Shown here: one piece after another, positions 27,376-36,837 of the stretch | How positions within the stretch are numbered: position 1 is the stretch's first letter | How the letters are laid out: each line of letters starts with the position of its first letter | Source: an uncultured archaeon | GTDB lineage: Archaea; Iainarchaeota; Iainarchaeia; JAADDC01 | Assembly (NCBI GenBank): GCA_964486025.1 | Contig: CAZAKL010000002.1 | Coordinates: 2,312-66,311, forward strand | Direction: 5' to 3' | DNA: 64,000 nucleotides | Made by a program: the position numbers and the translations under genes | The notes under the pieces: model-generated | The model's database searches: none | Seen by the model: only the letters and a program-made list of their open reading frames with translations | What the model was told of the DNA's origin: nothing

Positions 27376-27572
27376 CGGAACTCCCAGCCCGTCTTTTTCT
27401 CTTTTTTCCCGTAACGCCTCCTCGCCAGGATGTATCCGATACCCATGGTTAGTATGCCGAGGCCAATGAGTACGGTGCCCTTCTTAACGGGGTCCGCGGG
27501 GTAATTGGAGGCAACGAGGTATGCCCCGTAAAGAAAGAAGAGGTATCCCGTGGTTGCGAGGAGCTGGTCCAT
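27372..27572 (-). CDS. small two-TM membrane protein
   Basis: Two hydrophobic helices and a basic tail; GAGGTGA RBS; ATGA-coupled to AK6. Confidence 0.6.
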   Translation of the reverse strand: MDQLLATTGYLFFLYGAYLVASNYPADPVKKGTVLIGLGILTMGIGYILARRRYGKKEKKTGWEFR

Positions 27573-27576
27573 TTCC

Positions 27577-29466
27577 TCACCTCAGGCGGAGCACATCGAG
27601 GAGGCGCGGGGCGTAGGATTCTGTCTTTATGGACCTGCCCAGGTCCCGCGCGAGGGAAACGCATTTCTCCTCCTCACCGTGCACGGTAAGGATTCTCGAG
27701 GGTTTCTGCGGGAGGTGGCGGACGAACGCCTCCAGCTGGCGCCTGTCCGAGTGCCCCGAGAAACCGTGGAGTGTTTCTACCTTTGCCGCAACGTGGAGCG
27801 CTTTCATTTTGCCCCCGTTCATCTTAACTGGTATCTCCCGTATGCCCTTCTGGAGTTTTCTACCGAGGGAACCTTCAAACTGGTATCCTACGAGCGCAAT
27901 GGCATTTCTTTCATCCTCTGCTATGCGCTGGAAGTAATCCACTGCGGGGCCCCCTGTGAGGGAACCTGAGGGTGCTATGATGATTGCGGGCCCGCCTTCG
28001 ACAATTTCGTCGCGCTTTGCATATGAATCCACGTATATGAAGTGTTCCATTTCGAAGGGGGAATCGTTGGACAGTATCCTCCTCTGGACGTCGCGTTTCA
28101 GGTACTCCGGATACGCTGTGTATATCGCGGATGCCTCCTTTATCATGCCATCCACGTATATGGGCCAGTCGTAACCATTCCTGCGGTACATGGCCTCCAG
28201 TGTGAGCATAATCTCCTGGGCGCGCCCCACCGCGAACGCCGGGATGAGGAGCTTGCCGCCCTTTTCCATTGTCTCAACGAGCAGTTTCTCGAGGGCTGCT
28301 TCTGTCTCCTTTCTCGGCGGGTGCACGTCATTGCGGCCACCGTACGTTGATTCGATTATTAGCGTCTCCACGCGAGGATACTTCGTGTCTGCAGGGTTGT
28401 GAAGCCGCGAGAATCCAAATTTCAGGTCACCTGTGAACACAATATTGTGGAAGCCCTGCCCAATGTGCATATGAACCGTTGCAGAGCCAAGTATGTGGCC
28501 AGCGTTGTGGAAGGTTATCCTCACGTCCGGGGCAATGTCCGTGACTTCCCCGTAGTTCCTTGTTATTGTCTGGAGCGCAGCCTCCTTCACCCACCTCTCA
28601 GAGTATGGCGGCTCCCTGTTATCCTTTACGAGAACGTCGACGAAATCAAACTGCAGGAGCGCGGAAAGGTCTCTTGTCGGCGGAGTTGCATATATCGGAC
28701 CCTTGTAGCCGAGTTTCACGAGGTAAGGAACCATTCCGGAGTGGTCCAGGTGCGCGTGCGTCACAACTATCGCGTCTATCTCATCCAACGGTATACGAAG
28801 GACGTCGAGCTCGGGGAACATTGCACCGCTGCCCGATACATCCACACCCGCGTCGACGAGTATCTTGCTCTCGGGAGTCTCTACAAGGTACGCGGAGCGG
28901 CCAACGAAGCGTGCTGCGCCGAGGAAGTGAACACGAACCCATTCCTTGGCGCTTTTTTTCGGTCTGTTTATACGTGCGAAGACCTGTTTGTAGAACCTTT
29001 TTCTGTCCTTCACGTGCTTGATGAGGACCTTTCGCACGCCCTTCAGGATGTTACTCTCCATTGCCGGAGCCCGCTGAACGTTTGGTAGCCACCCAATCTG
29101 CTCGACGATTCTCCGGAGCGTTTCACCGCCCTTTCCTATGATTAGGCCGGGTTTCTTTGCCTCTATGAACACGGTGCCGAGCTCAGGAACAAACTCTATG
29201 TTTGTTATGCCCGCCTCTTCGGGAACGGTCGCGAGTATAACCTCCTTCGCGTGCTCAGGGGGTGTAAGTATGGATGAATCGCTGCGTATGTTCACGCGCT
29301 TTTTCAATGCGGCGGCAATCCTTGCAACGGCATCTTCATGGTCCAGGAAGTAGACTGGGTTGCGTGTGTAAATCCCTATTTCAGGCCCTTCGGGCTCTAC
29401 CTTCGTCACGCCTGCTTCCTTGTCAACAATCTCCACTACCCTCTTTAGAAGCTCTTTATCTGCCAA
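27577..29466 (-). CDS. fttA: beta-CASP ribonuclease aCPSF1/FttA (KH domains)
   Basis: EPEGPE, KPGLIIGKGG, THAHLDH, AGHILG, ESTYG, FSGHSD, VHGE. Confidence 0.94.
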   Translation of the reverse strand: MADKELLKRVVEIVDKEAGVTKVEPEGPEIGIYTRNPVYFLDHEDAVARIAAALKKRVNIRSDSSILTPPEHAKEVILATVPEEAGITNIEFVPELGTVFIEAKKPGLIIGKGGETLRRIVEQIGWLPNVQRAPAMESNILKGVRKVLIKHVKDRKRFYKQVFARINRPKKSAKEWVRVHFLGAARFVGRSAYLVETPESKILVDAGVDVSGSGAMFPELDVLRIPLDEIDAIVVTHAHLDHSGMVPYLVKLGYKGPIYATPPTRDLSALLQFDFVDVLVKDNREPPYSERWVKEAALQTITRNYGEVTDIAPDVRITFHNAGHILGSATVHMHIGQGFHNIVFTGDLKFGFSRLHNPADTKYPRVETLIIESTYGGRNDVHPPRKETEAALEKLLVETMEKGGKLLIPAFAVGRAQEIMLTLEAMYRRNGYDWPIYVDGMIKEASAIYTAYPEYLKRDVQRRILSNDSPFEMEHFIYVDSYAKRDEIVEGGPAIIIAPSGSLTGGPAVDYFQRIAEDERNAIALVGYQFEGSLGRKLQKGIREIPVKMNGGKMKALHVAAKVETLHGFSGHSDRRQLEAFVRHLPQKPSRILTVHGEEEKCVSLARDLGRSIKTESYAPRLLDVLRLR

Positions 29467-29481
29467 TTCTACCCCTCCGTT

Positions 29482-30114
29482 TTACTTGAGGGACTTTTTG
29501 ATTTTTGCGACATCTTCTGGGGTGAGCATGCGCACGCCGCTCTTATCAATGACTGCCACGTCTATGCCCGGCTCCCTGCCGCCTGTAAATGTATTTCTCA
29601 TCCTTGCTGCCTCAACTGCTTGTACTGCCAGCTTGATTGCCTCCTTCTCTGTCATGCCCTCTTTGTAGTTCGCCTCAAGCACACCGTATGCGACGGGGCT
29701 TCCCGAGCCGGTTGCCATTATTGGTTCCGTGTCTGTGACACCGCCGGCCATGTCAACACTTGCAAGGTATGGCTCGCCCTTGTACCCCCCGAGGAGCAGC
29801 TGGACAATGTAGGGAGAAGTGTATTTGTTCTTATTCAGGATGGTGCCGAGATAAATGGCTATTCTGCGAGGGTGAGGCTCTTCCCCTTCCTCTATGGTCA
29901 TGCGTTTTATTCTTGCGCGGAGGAAACGGGTTAGAATCTGCAGGTCTCCAACCATTCCTGCAGTTGTTAATGCCATGTGGTCTGAAATTGGATGAACCTT
30001 CTGCGTGTTCAAATCAGCGGTCAAATCGCCCATGGAAGCCATCTTGTCTGCAGCGAGAACTACGAAGTCTTTACCCTTTATTCCTACCGTTGTAGTGCCT
30101 TTCTTTGCCTCCAT
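29482..30114 (-). CDS. psmB: proteasome subunit beta
   Basis: Propeptide then G/TTTVG, AADK, AGMVGD, ATGSGSP. Confidence 0.95.
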   Translation of the reverse strand: MEAKKGTTTVGIKGKDFVVLAADKMASMGDLTADLNTQKVHPISDHMALTTAGMVGDLQILTRFLRARIKRMTIEEGEEPHPRRIAIYLGTILNKNKYTSPYIVQLLLGGYKGEPYLASVDMAGGVTDTEPIMATGSGSPVAYGVLEANYKEGMTEKEAIKLAVQAVEAARMRNTFTGGREPGIDVAVIDKSGVRMLTPEDVAKIKKSLK

Positions 30115-30186
30115 AAGAACACCTCAGAAAACGACGTATTGATGAAGTGGGGTAATTGTTTTAAACGATGTCTACCATTTCCCCTC

Positions 30187-30708
30187 ATGATTCTCGGCAG
30201 GAAGGCGATACTCGAACTCATGGAGCGTGGAGATATCCGTATAGACCCTTTTAACGATAAAGCCCTTGGTCCTGCATCATATGACCTTGCGCTGAGTTCG
30301 AAATTCCGCATATTCGATCATTACGACGAGTTTATCGATATACGGGACGATGCCTTTGATCCTGCCGTTTATGGGAGCCTTGTAGATACGGGGGGTGGCC
30401 CAATAGAGATTCAACCGGGCCAGCTTGTCCTTGGGATGAGTGCCGAGCGGATTACCCTGTCAGAGAATGTTATGGGGTGGATTTCGGGCCGCTCCCGCTT
30501 CGCACGCATTGGTCTCCTTGTCCACGTCTCTTCGAATCTCATTCAGCCGGGCGTTTCCAACCACCAGATATTCGAAATTGTTAACCTCTCCCCCCGTCCC
30601 ATACGTCTCTGGCCAGGGGTTAGGATAGCACAGGTGGTGTTTGAGGAGGTAAAAGAAGCAGAGGAGGGGCCTGTGGACAGGCGTTACTTCACTCAGGATT
30701 CTCCTTAG
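30187..30708 (+). CDS. dcd: dCTP deaminase
   Basis: PASYDL, GRSRFARIGL, FEIVN, RIAQVVF, terminal YFTQ; start MILGRK at 30187. Confidence 0.88.
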   Translation: MILGRKAILELMERGDIRIDPFNDKALGPASYDLALSSKFRIFDHYDEFIDIRDDAFDPAVYGSLVDTGGGPIEIQPGQLVLGMSAERITLSENVMGWISGRSRFARIGLLVHVSSNLIQPGVSNHQIFEIVNLSPRPIRLWPGVRIAQVVFEEVKEAEEGPVDRRYFTQDSP

Positions 30709-31327
30709 CTTCTTTCCTGATGTATCGTTCCGTTATTCTGACTTCCTTTATGTCCGGCAGTGTTTTCAGCAGCGTTGCGACGTAGAGGAGCTTCTGCATG
30801 TTCTTGTCCTTGGTGTCCTTTGGCTGGTAGACGACCTCCAGTATTCCGTCCTTGAATACAACGCCGTCCAGCTTTGTCCTCATGTATCTACGGAAGAGCG
30901 CCTCTGCAATTTCCTCAACGTCCTTCAACTCTGCGAGGACCTTCACCCTGTATATGACGGTCTTGCCCGCCAGTTCGTGGTTGAAGTCCACCTGCACCCG
31001 GCCACCGGACACAGAGAGCACGCGGCCGGGACGCCCGTCCGCCTCTATAACGAGGCCAGGAACCGGGACGATGCCCCTCTTGCGGAACTCCTTCTCGGGA
31101 ATGATTGCAATGAGCTCCTTCTTTCTCTCCCCGAACGCCTTCTCGGGGGGCAGCTCTATCTCGCGCTCCTCACCTTCTTTCATTTCTTCCAGAGCCTCTG
31201 CGAGGCCGGGAATAAGCGAGTCCTCACCGAGGATGACAGCATACGGCTCTTCCTCTTCTACCTTGTCAAAGACTCTCCCAGTATCCTTTTCCCTTCCCTC
31301 GTAGGCGATTAGCAGAACTCTTGCCAT
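30689..31327 (-). CDS. slyD: FKBP-type peptidyl-prolyl isomerase (SlyD-like, IF domain)
   Basis: LIPGLAEAL, PPEKAFG, VDFNHELAGK; GGTGA RBS before ATG 31327. Confidence 0.88.
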   Translation of the reverse strand: MARVLLIAYEGREKDTGRVFDKVEEEEPYAVILGEDSLIPGLAEALEEMKEGEEREIELPPEKAFGERKKELIAIIPEKEFRKRGIVPVPGLVIEADGRPGRVLSVSGGRVQVDFNHELAGKTVIYRVKVLAELKDVEEIAEALFRRYMRTKLDGVVFKDGILEVVYQPKDTKDKNMQKLLYVATLLKTLPDIKEVRITERYIRKEAKENPE

Positions 31328-31365
31328 AATACTCACCTTAAAACGTTTTGACTAAGCATACTTAC

Positions 31366-31851
31366 ATGGAAAGGAATAAAATGGTTGGTTTGATTATCGC
31401 TTTGACCATTGCTTTCTCCTCTGCGGCCATATTCGTCTATGCTCCTTCTGTTCCTCGCCCCATCGGGCCAGGGACGTACAATGGAAAGGCATTCGGTAGA
31501 ATCGTGCGCTTTGTCGATGAGCAGTGGGCGCTGGTTTCCCCCGAAGACACAAACGGTCTTTCTGTCGTCTCCTCTAATCCCCCCTTCGTGTTCATCGCTC
31601 CCGGCGACGTGAATGAGACGGCAAGAATCCTTGCAGAGCGCGGCATTGTCTGGTACCGCGATGCCGTGGTCGAGCTGAATGGGATAGAAATTGACGGCCG
31701 CCGCCTCGATCTCAACGTCTACGGCTTCGTCCTGCCAACGCACGAGCTTGGCGACGTCGTTCCAGTACAGTGGCAGGTTACGATAAACGAGGACGGGTCG
31801 TATACAGCCATCGCTCAGGAGGTTGTTACGGAGGCGGCTGTCAGCCCATGA
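31366..31851 (+). CDS. membrane-anchored hypothetical protein
   Basis: N-terminal TM, beta-rich remainder. Confidence 0.6.
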   Translation: MERNKMVGLIIALTIAFSSAAIFVYAPSVPRPIGPGTYNGKAFGRIVRFVDEQWALVSPEDTNGLSVVSSNPPFVFIAPGDVNETARILAERGIVWYRDAVVELNGIEIDGRRLDLNVYGFVLPTHELGDVVPVQWQVTINEDGSYTAIAQEVVTEAAVSP

Positions 31852-32158
31852 GCTTCAGTATTGCCTCCGCGATGTCTCCGTTAGCTTCTTTCAACGCCTT
31901 TACCGCCTCTTCTCTTGACGCCCCCGTCTTCTGCATAACGAGCTCTATATCCTCCTCCTTGATGTCTTCCTCCACCTTCGGCGTCCCAATAATCTGGTAG
32001 GCCGCCTGCCCCTGCATCACCGTTTTCATAACCTGTGGTTCTTCAAAAACGAGCTTTGTCCCGTCTTCCTGCTCAATAACTACGCGCTTCGCCTTTATCT
32101 CCTCAACTTTCAGCCCCATGCGCTGTAGCATCTTCATGGCGTTCTTGTCGAAGTACAT
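31841..32158 (-). CDS. nac: nascent polypeptide-associated complex protein
   Basis: MLQRMGL..A.RVVI..PQV..YQI.G; UBA-like DIELVMQKTG..GDIAEAIL. Confidence 0.93.
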   Translation of the reverse strand: MYFDKNAMKMLQRMGLKVEEIKAKRVVIEQEDGTKLVFEEPQVMKTVMQGQAAYQIIGTPKVEEDIKEEDIELVMQKTGASREEAVKALKEANGDIAEAILKLMG

Positions 32159-32187
32159 GATTTGATGATGAGAAGAAGATGTTAAAA

Positions 32188-33123
32188 TCAGGACCGGGTA
32201 ATGTTCAGGTCGCAGCAACCCTTTGTGTCCAGCGGCCTACAGTCCACCACGATTTCTGCCATGAATGGGTTATTTCCCACGTATTTAACCACGTTGTTTT
32301 CGTATCTGAACAGCCCGTTCAGTTCCTCTGAAACGTGCGTGCACAGCTTCATTGCAACCATCATTTCCACTGCTGTCACGTTCAGATCTTCCCCCGGCAG
32401 AAACACCATGCTAGCTTGAGTGATGCCTACGCCTATTGCTACCTTTACTTCGCCCGCTACGGCGTCTTCCATGCTGCTTGGGTGCGGGACGTACGGCTTA
32501 TGGGGAGCTGCGTTCATCGCGTAGATGGCTGCCGCGTAAATGATGGCTATCCCTACTGCAGCGGCTGTTGCAATTTTTACTGCCCTATTATCTACCTTGA
32601 ACGCAAATACCATTCCAATGATCCCCGGAATCAGCCCTAGAATATAGATGATCGTCCCCATTCCTCTGAAGATCCAGAGTGCAGCGAGTGAGATGGTGAT
32701 TGATGCCATGTTTGCAGCCACCGACACAACAACGGCGTCCCTTCTCCTCATTCCTGCCTGCTCGAACACCCATGCCTCTATTGCAATCGCTGCAAGCTCT
32801 GCCACAGCCTTTGCGGCTAGGAACTGCCAGGTGATCTGGTTTCCTCCGAAGAACATCATTCCAAGGAACGGTACGAGCATAACAATCGGCACGCTTATCG
32901 CGTTGGCTGCGCACACGCATTTCCACAAGTCTTTCGTCTGCCGCTGTTTCCATCTCGCCAGCGCCAGCACAACGGGGAGTTCAATTATGATGTTCATTCC
33001 CACGATCGCGAGGTATGCCCAGAACACGAAAACTCCGATTTCGGGACCAACCACGATGTCCGCGTGTGCGAGTGGGATCGCAAGAATCGCCGCGAGCACC
33101 ATTGCGAGGTACTTGTTCTCCAT
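32188..33123 (-). CDS. polytopic membrane protein with signal peptide
   Basis: AHA-D cleavage-like site; repeated IIIE..ANxxS / IAIE..ANxxS TM motif; extracellular C-terminus. Confidence 0.65.
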   Translation of the reverse strand: MENKYLAMVLAAILAIPLAHADIVVGPEIGVFVFWAYLAIVGMNIIIELPVVLALARWKQRQTKDLWKCVCAANAISVPIVMLVPFLGMMFFGGNQITWQFLAAKAVAELAAIAIEAWVFEQAGMRRRDAVVVSVAANMASITISLAALWIFRGMGTIIYILGLIPGIIGMVFAFKVDNRAVKIATAAAVGIAIIYAAAIYAMNAAPHKPYVPHPSSMEDAVAGEVKVAIGVGITQASMVFLPGEDLNVTAVEMMVAMKLCTHVSEELNGLFRYENNVVKYVGNNPFMAEIVVDCRPLDTKGCCDLNITRS

Positions 33124-33186
33124 GTAGTTTGTTAATTTTTCCCTCCTTTATATTCGTTGCTTCTCGCGAGCCAGGAGAACTTGAAG

Positions 33187-33297
33187 TGGGGCCGCGGGGA
33201 TTTGAACCCCGGACCTTCGGTTTTCCTCAACCCGTGGCAGTGTTGCCAGAGCGGGTCTTATAAGACCGACGCTCTGACCAGGCTGAGCTACGGCCCC
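33187..33297 (-). tRNA. trnI: tRNA-Ile(UAU) with 36-nt intron at 37/38 (intron 33223-33258); CCA not encoded
   Basis: Acceptor GGGGCCG/CGGCCCC, D arm GCTC/GAGC, anticodon stem TCGGT/ACCGA with CT-TAT-A, T loop TTCAAAT, discriminator A; intron folds into a hairpin with a relaxed BHB. Confidence 0.93.
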
Positions 33298-33334
33298 GTC
33301 TGCAAAAGAGTAATATAGAGAAAGTTAAAAAGGG

Positions 33335-33988
33335 TTAGATATTTAGTTCCTCTCCCGGCGCTAGGATTTCTACCCTCGCCGTCTCCCCCACGAGCTGCTT
33401 GAACTCCTCTGGGTTCTGGCGAATCGGCGGGAACGTGTTGTAGTGCATCGGGACGACGATTCTGGGTTTGAGCAACTCCACAGCCTTCGCAGCCTCCCTT
33501 GGGCCCATTGTGAAGTAGCCGCCGATGGGCAGAAGCGCCACGTCTATTGGTCCGTAGAGTTCGCTGAGGAGTGCCATGTCGCCGAATACGAAGGTGTCTC
33601 CGGCATGGTATACCGTTTTTCCGTCCATTTTTACGATGTATCCCGCCGCGTTTCCGATTTCCTGCCCATTCATGGACGAAGAGTGCCAGGCGGGTACCAT
33701 GACGATGTCCACTCCCTCAATTCTCGCCGGCCCATAGTTCATGCCGTAGACGTTGACGCCGCGCAGGTGCTGGGCAATGTCGTACATGCATACAACGGGG
33801 GCGTTGAATCGCTTCGAGAGCTCTACTGCGTCCCCCATGTGGTCACCGTGCGCGTGGGTCACGAGGATGATGTCAGGTTTCCCCTCAAGCTCTGCTGCCA
33901 TTGGGTTACCGGTTAGGAAGGGGTCTATGACGACATTCTTCGACCCCATAATCTGGAAAGCGGCATGCCCGAGATACCTTATCTTCAT
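33335..33988 (-). CDS. metallo-beta-lactamase-fold hydrolase (UPF0173)
   Basis: YLGHA, IDPFL, THAHGDH, YHAGDT, LPIGG.FTMGP, PMHYNTF. Confidence 0.92.
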   Translation of the reverse strand: MKIRYLGHAAFQIMGSKNVVIDPFLTGNPMAAELEGKPDIILVTHAHGDHMGDAVELSKRFNAPVVCMYDIAQHLRGVNVYGMNYGPARIEGVDIVMVPAWHSSSMNGQEIGNAAGYIVKMDGKTVYHAGDTFVFGDMALLSELYGPIDVALLPIGGYFTMGPREAAKAVELLKPRIVVPMHYNTFPPIRQNPEEFKQLVGETARVEILAPGEELNI

Positions 33989-35376
33989 GCTCTCACCCCC
34001 TCACAGATTTCCTTGGGCGGGAACGACAGCATCTTACAGAGCACATTGGCAATGTCCTGTATCCGTGGGTCCAGAACGTACCACCCGTTTATTATTGCAA
34101 GCGTTTGCCCAACGCCTGACCTCGCACTGTCCTGCACGAAGAAAGACACAATCTGGTTTGCGGAAGACGAGTAGCACGTCTTCACCCTGTCCACGTTAAT
34201 GTTTGCGTCCTCCGCAGCGGTTTCGATGCAGGATTCTGTGGCTCCGCATTCCCTGAATGAAAGCGCAAAGCTGGTCCATTTCATAGGCCCGCCGTTCAGG
34301 TATGCGCAGTACTCCGCGACCATTTCCCGCAGCCCTGTGTCGCCCCCCGGGATTATTGGCTTTCCCGATGCGTCAAAGCGAACAATGTAGTGCGGATTAA
34401 CTGTTATTCTGCCGTCTGCCGCGTATAGTATTCTGTTGAGCTCCTCAAGCAATGGTTCAGCGTTCTCTGCAAGGTATACATCCACCGTGGCGGTTTCATC
34501 CCTTGTCAGCACCACTCCGTCTGGGTAGTATTTGCTGCCCGGGAAGAGCTCTGCGACTATGTCCGGATAGTCTGTCACTATTTTTGCAAGCACATACTCC
34601 CCGTATTGAACTATGTTCACATCTGCGGGTATTCCAGCCCTCTCGAGGCGTGCCTTCACTGCTTCTGCAAAGTCCGGGCGGGAGAGCACCGTTGCCCGCA
34701 TCTTTGGCACTTCCAGAACACCGTCGGCTATCCTGGACAGCGGATAGTACTGTGCCACGGTCTTCACAATCTCCGGCGTTGCCTCTACGAGAATGTAATA
34801 ATCGTTTGTCTCGTGCTCGGTTACAATAACGTTGTCCGCTGCCAGGTAGAGGATGGATTTGAGCCTGTCCACATTCACATTTTTATCGGCGTAGAGCGTT
34901 ACCTTCGTTTCTCCCTTTCCGGGCACGTAGCGGCGCGTCGGCCAGAGGGGCCGGAGTGCGTAGTAGTTCCTGAGCTCAATGATGTTCGTGCGTATCCCTC
35001 CCCTTTGGCTCAGGGCTTTGTTCAGGTCTTCGAAAAACTTCGTGCCCTTTACGTCTTTTGTCATGAGGATAAGTGGAACAACGTTCACATTCTCCTCGCG
35101 GAGCCTCGCGTATATCTCCTTGCCGATTCCCCTGTACACGCTTGTCTTTACGATGCGGACGCCCGACGTGTCGGCGTTGTTCTCAATGAAGCTGACAAAC
35201 TGCTCAAAGGGAGCCGAGCAGATGTCGCATTTTTCATCAGACAGTACGTATACTGTCTTTGAGCTTTTTTCGACTCCGCTCGGCACGTGTCCACCGAAAT
35301 ACGCTGCAAAGGCCAACCCCAAAATGAATCCGATTACGACGAAGACAATTCCTGAGACGTTTTTGTTTTTGGACAT
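33985..35376 (-). CDS. membrane-anchored thioredoxin/DsbA-GILT-like protein, degenerate paralog
   Basis: TM anchor, CDIC, VNVVPLI, WPTRRY, PHYIV; colinear with the upstream paralog. Confidence 0.65.
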   Translation of the reverse strand: MSKNKNVSGIVFVVIGFILGLAFAAYFGGHVPSGVEKSSKTVYVLSDEKCDICSAPFEQFVSFIENNADTSGVRIVKTSVYRGIGKEIYARLREENVNVVPLILMTKDVKGTKFFEDLNKALSQRGGIRTNIIELRNYYALRPLWPTRRYVPGKGETKVTLYADKNVNVDRLKSILYLAADNVIVTEHETNDYYILVEATPEIVKTVAQYYPLSRIADGVLEVPKMRATVLSRPDFAEAVKARLERAGIPADVNIVQYGEYVLAKIVTDYPDIVAELFPGSKYYPDGVVLTRDETATVDVYLAENAEPLLEELNRILYAADGRITVNPHYIVRFDASGKPIIPGGDTGLREMVAEYCAYLNGGPMKWTSFALSFRECGATESCIETAAEDANINVDRVKTCYSSSANQIVSFFVQDSARSGVGQTLAIINGWYVLDPRIQDIANVLCKMLSFPPKEICEGVRA

Positions 35377-35410
35377 AAAAAGAAAGAGGGGCGTTTGTTG
35401 TTAAAAGCCC

Positions 35411-36781
35411 TTAACCACAGCTGCCAGATGCGGCGCTCGCCTGGAGTTCCGTTTCACAGGCGCCCTCTGGCGGATTCTTCATGAATGCGCAGACGAGTTC
35501 AGGGAATTTCGAGTTTCTCACGTCTGCCTTGAACCAGCCATCGATGAGCGTCGTTGGGGAGCCGGTAACTCCCTTCGCTGCGCTTATGGCAGCCTCCCGT
35601 GCCGCGATACTGTTGAACTCCGTGTCGTAGCACTGCTTTATTGCATTAACGTCAAGGTTCATGTCCTTCGCCACGCCCTCCCAGCAGCTGTCGGCGTTGC
35701 TGGCGCTACAATTCTTGTTTATTGCAAGAACGAAGTCCAGCCACGCATCCTCTCCGAAAAGCTTGTAGACACAGGCCTCTCTGATGTCCTGATGGAGCTC
35801 CTGGTCTCCGTGCAGCGAACGGAATTGGTTGTTGCCGAGGTCAGATATAATGTAGTGCGGTACAATGTGTATGCGGTCCCCGAAGGTCTCCTTTAGCTGC
35901 GGTATTAGCCCTTCGGCCTGATTCCCGAATGGGCAGAAGCTCATTACGTAGAGCTCAACGTCTACCGTTTCCTTCTTCGGGACGAGGAGCGCATTGCCTT
36001 CAACCATTGCCCCGCTGAACGCTGTTTTCATGGAATCTATGAGTGTCTTCGGTCCCTCGAGCTTGAGTACGTAGTCTTTGCTGGGTTCCTCTTCAATAAT
36101 CTTTGCGTTCTCGACTGTCTGGTAGACGTATGGTGCTATAATTGAGCGAATCGTGTCCGTTGCCCATATCCTAACGGGGGTTTCTGGTTTGTTGGGGTCG
36201 TACTTCCTGGTTGGCCAGTCGGGAAGGAGGATGTAGTACTTGTCTGCTTTCAGGAGGACTCTCTGTGCGCCGCCGTACTGGGCGAGCATTTTGTCAAGCG
36301 TCTTGTAGAACGCGGTATCTTCTATGTTTCCCTCGAGAACGATGAGCGGGACTACGTTGATGTTGTTTTCCAACAGCACGTTGTAGATTTTCCTACCTTC
36401 GTCGCTCTGCACGCTAACCTCTTCCCTCGGTATGCTCGCGAACTGGAAACGGTCGTCAAGTATGGAGACAACCTGCTTCATTGTATCGCCGCAGCTGTTG
36501 CAGCCATCGTCCATAAGCAGTATTGCTCTGGTTGTGTTCTGGGTGCCTTCCGGTGCGCCGGCACTTGTGTTCGCTACAAAGTAGCCCACTCCGATTCCAA
36601 GGAGCAGCACGGCTAGCACAACCCCTATGAACGGCCAGTAATTCTTTGGAACTGTTTTTGCCGTCTTTTCAACATTGTCCGCTTTCATCTCCTCAGCTTT
36701 CTTCTTCTTTGCAGTTTTTTCCACGTGCTCTTTCTTTGGGGCAGCTGATTTGCGCGAGCTCTTTCTTGGCATACTTACCAC
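35411..36781 (-). CDS. membrane-anchored thioredoxin/DsbA-GILT-like oxidoreductase
   Basis: Lys-rich N-tail, TM, CNSC, YVMSFCPFG, SLHGDQELHQDIREAC, GVTGSPT cis-Pro loop. Confidence 0.75.
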   Translation of the reverse strand: MVSMPRKSSRKSAAPKKEHVEKTAKKKKAEEMKADNVEKTAKTVPKNYWPFIGVVLAVLLLGIGVGYFVANTSAGAPEGTQNTTRAILLMDDGCNSCGDTMKQVVSILDDRFQFASIPREEVSVQSDEGRKIYNVLLENNINVVPLIVLEGNIEDTAFYKTLDKMLAQYGGAQRVLLKADKYYILLPDWPTRKYDPNKPETPVRIWATDTIRSIIAPYVYQTVENAKIIEEEPSKDYVLKLEGPKTLIDSMKTAFSGAMVEGNALLVPKKETVDVELYVMSFCPFGNQAEGLIPQLKETFGDRIHIVPHYIISDLGNNQFRSLHGDQELHQDIREACVYKLFGEDAWLDFVLAINKNCSASNADSCWEGVAKDMNLDVNAIKQCYDTEFNSIAAREAAISAAKGVTGSPTTLIDGWFKADVRNSKFPELVCAFMKNPPEGACETELQASAASGSCG

Positions 36782-36837
36782 CTGTTCTATTGAGTTGTCT
36801 GGAACATCTTATTAACATATTTTGCCGATTTTTCACC

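Noticed and set aside
30140..32175. Box C-like TGATGA motifs in intergenic gaps (about 30140 and 32163) as C/D sRNAs
   Set aside because: No box D (CTGA) at suitable spacing downstream; the gaps are explained as promoters.
32188..33297. Integrated element at the tRNA-Ile 3' end
   Set aside because: No integrase and no direct repeat of the tRNA 3' end found; the neighbours are one membrane gene and nac.
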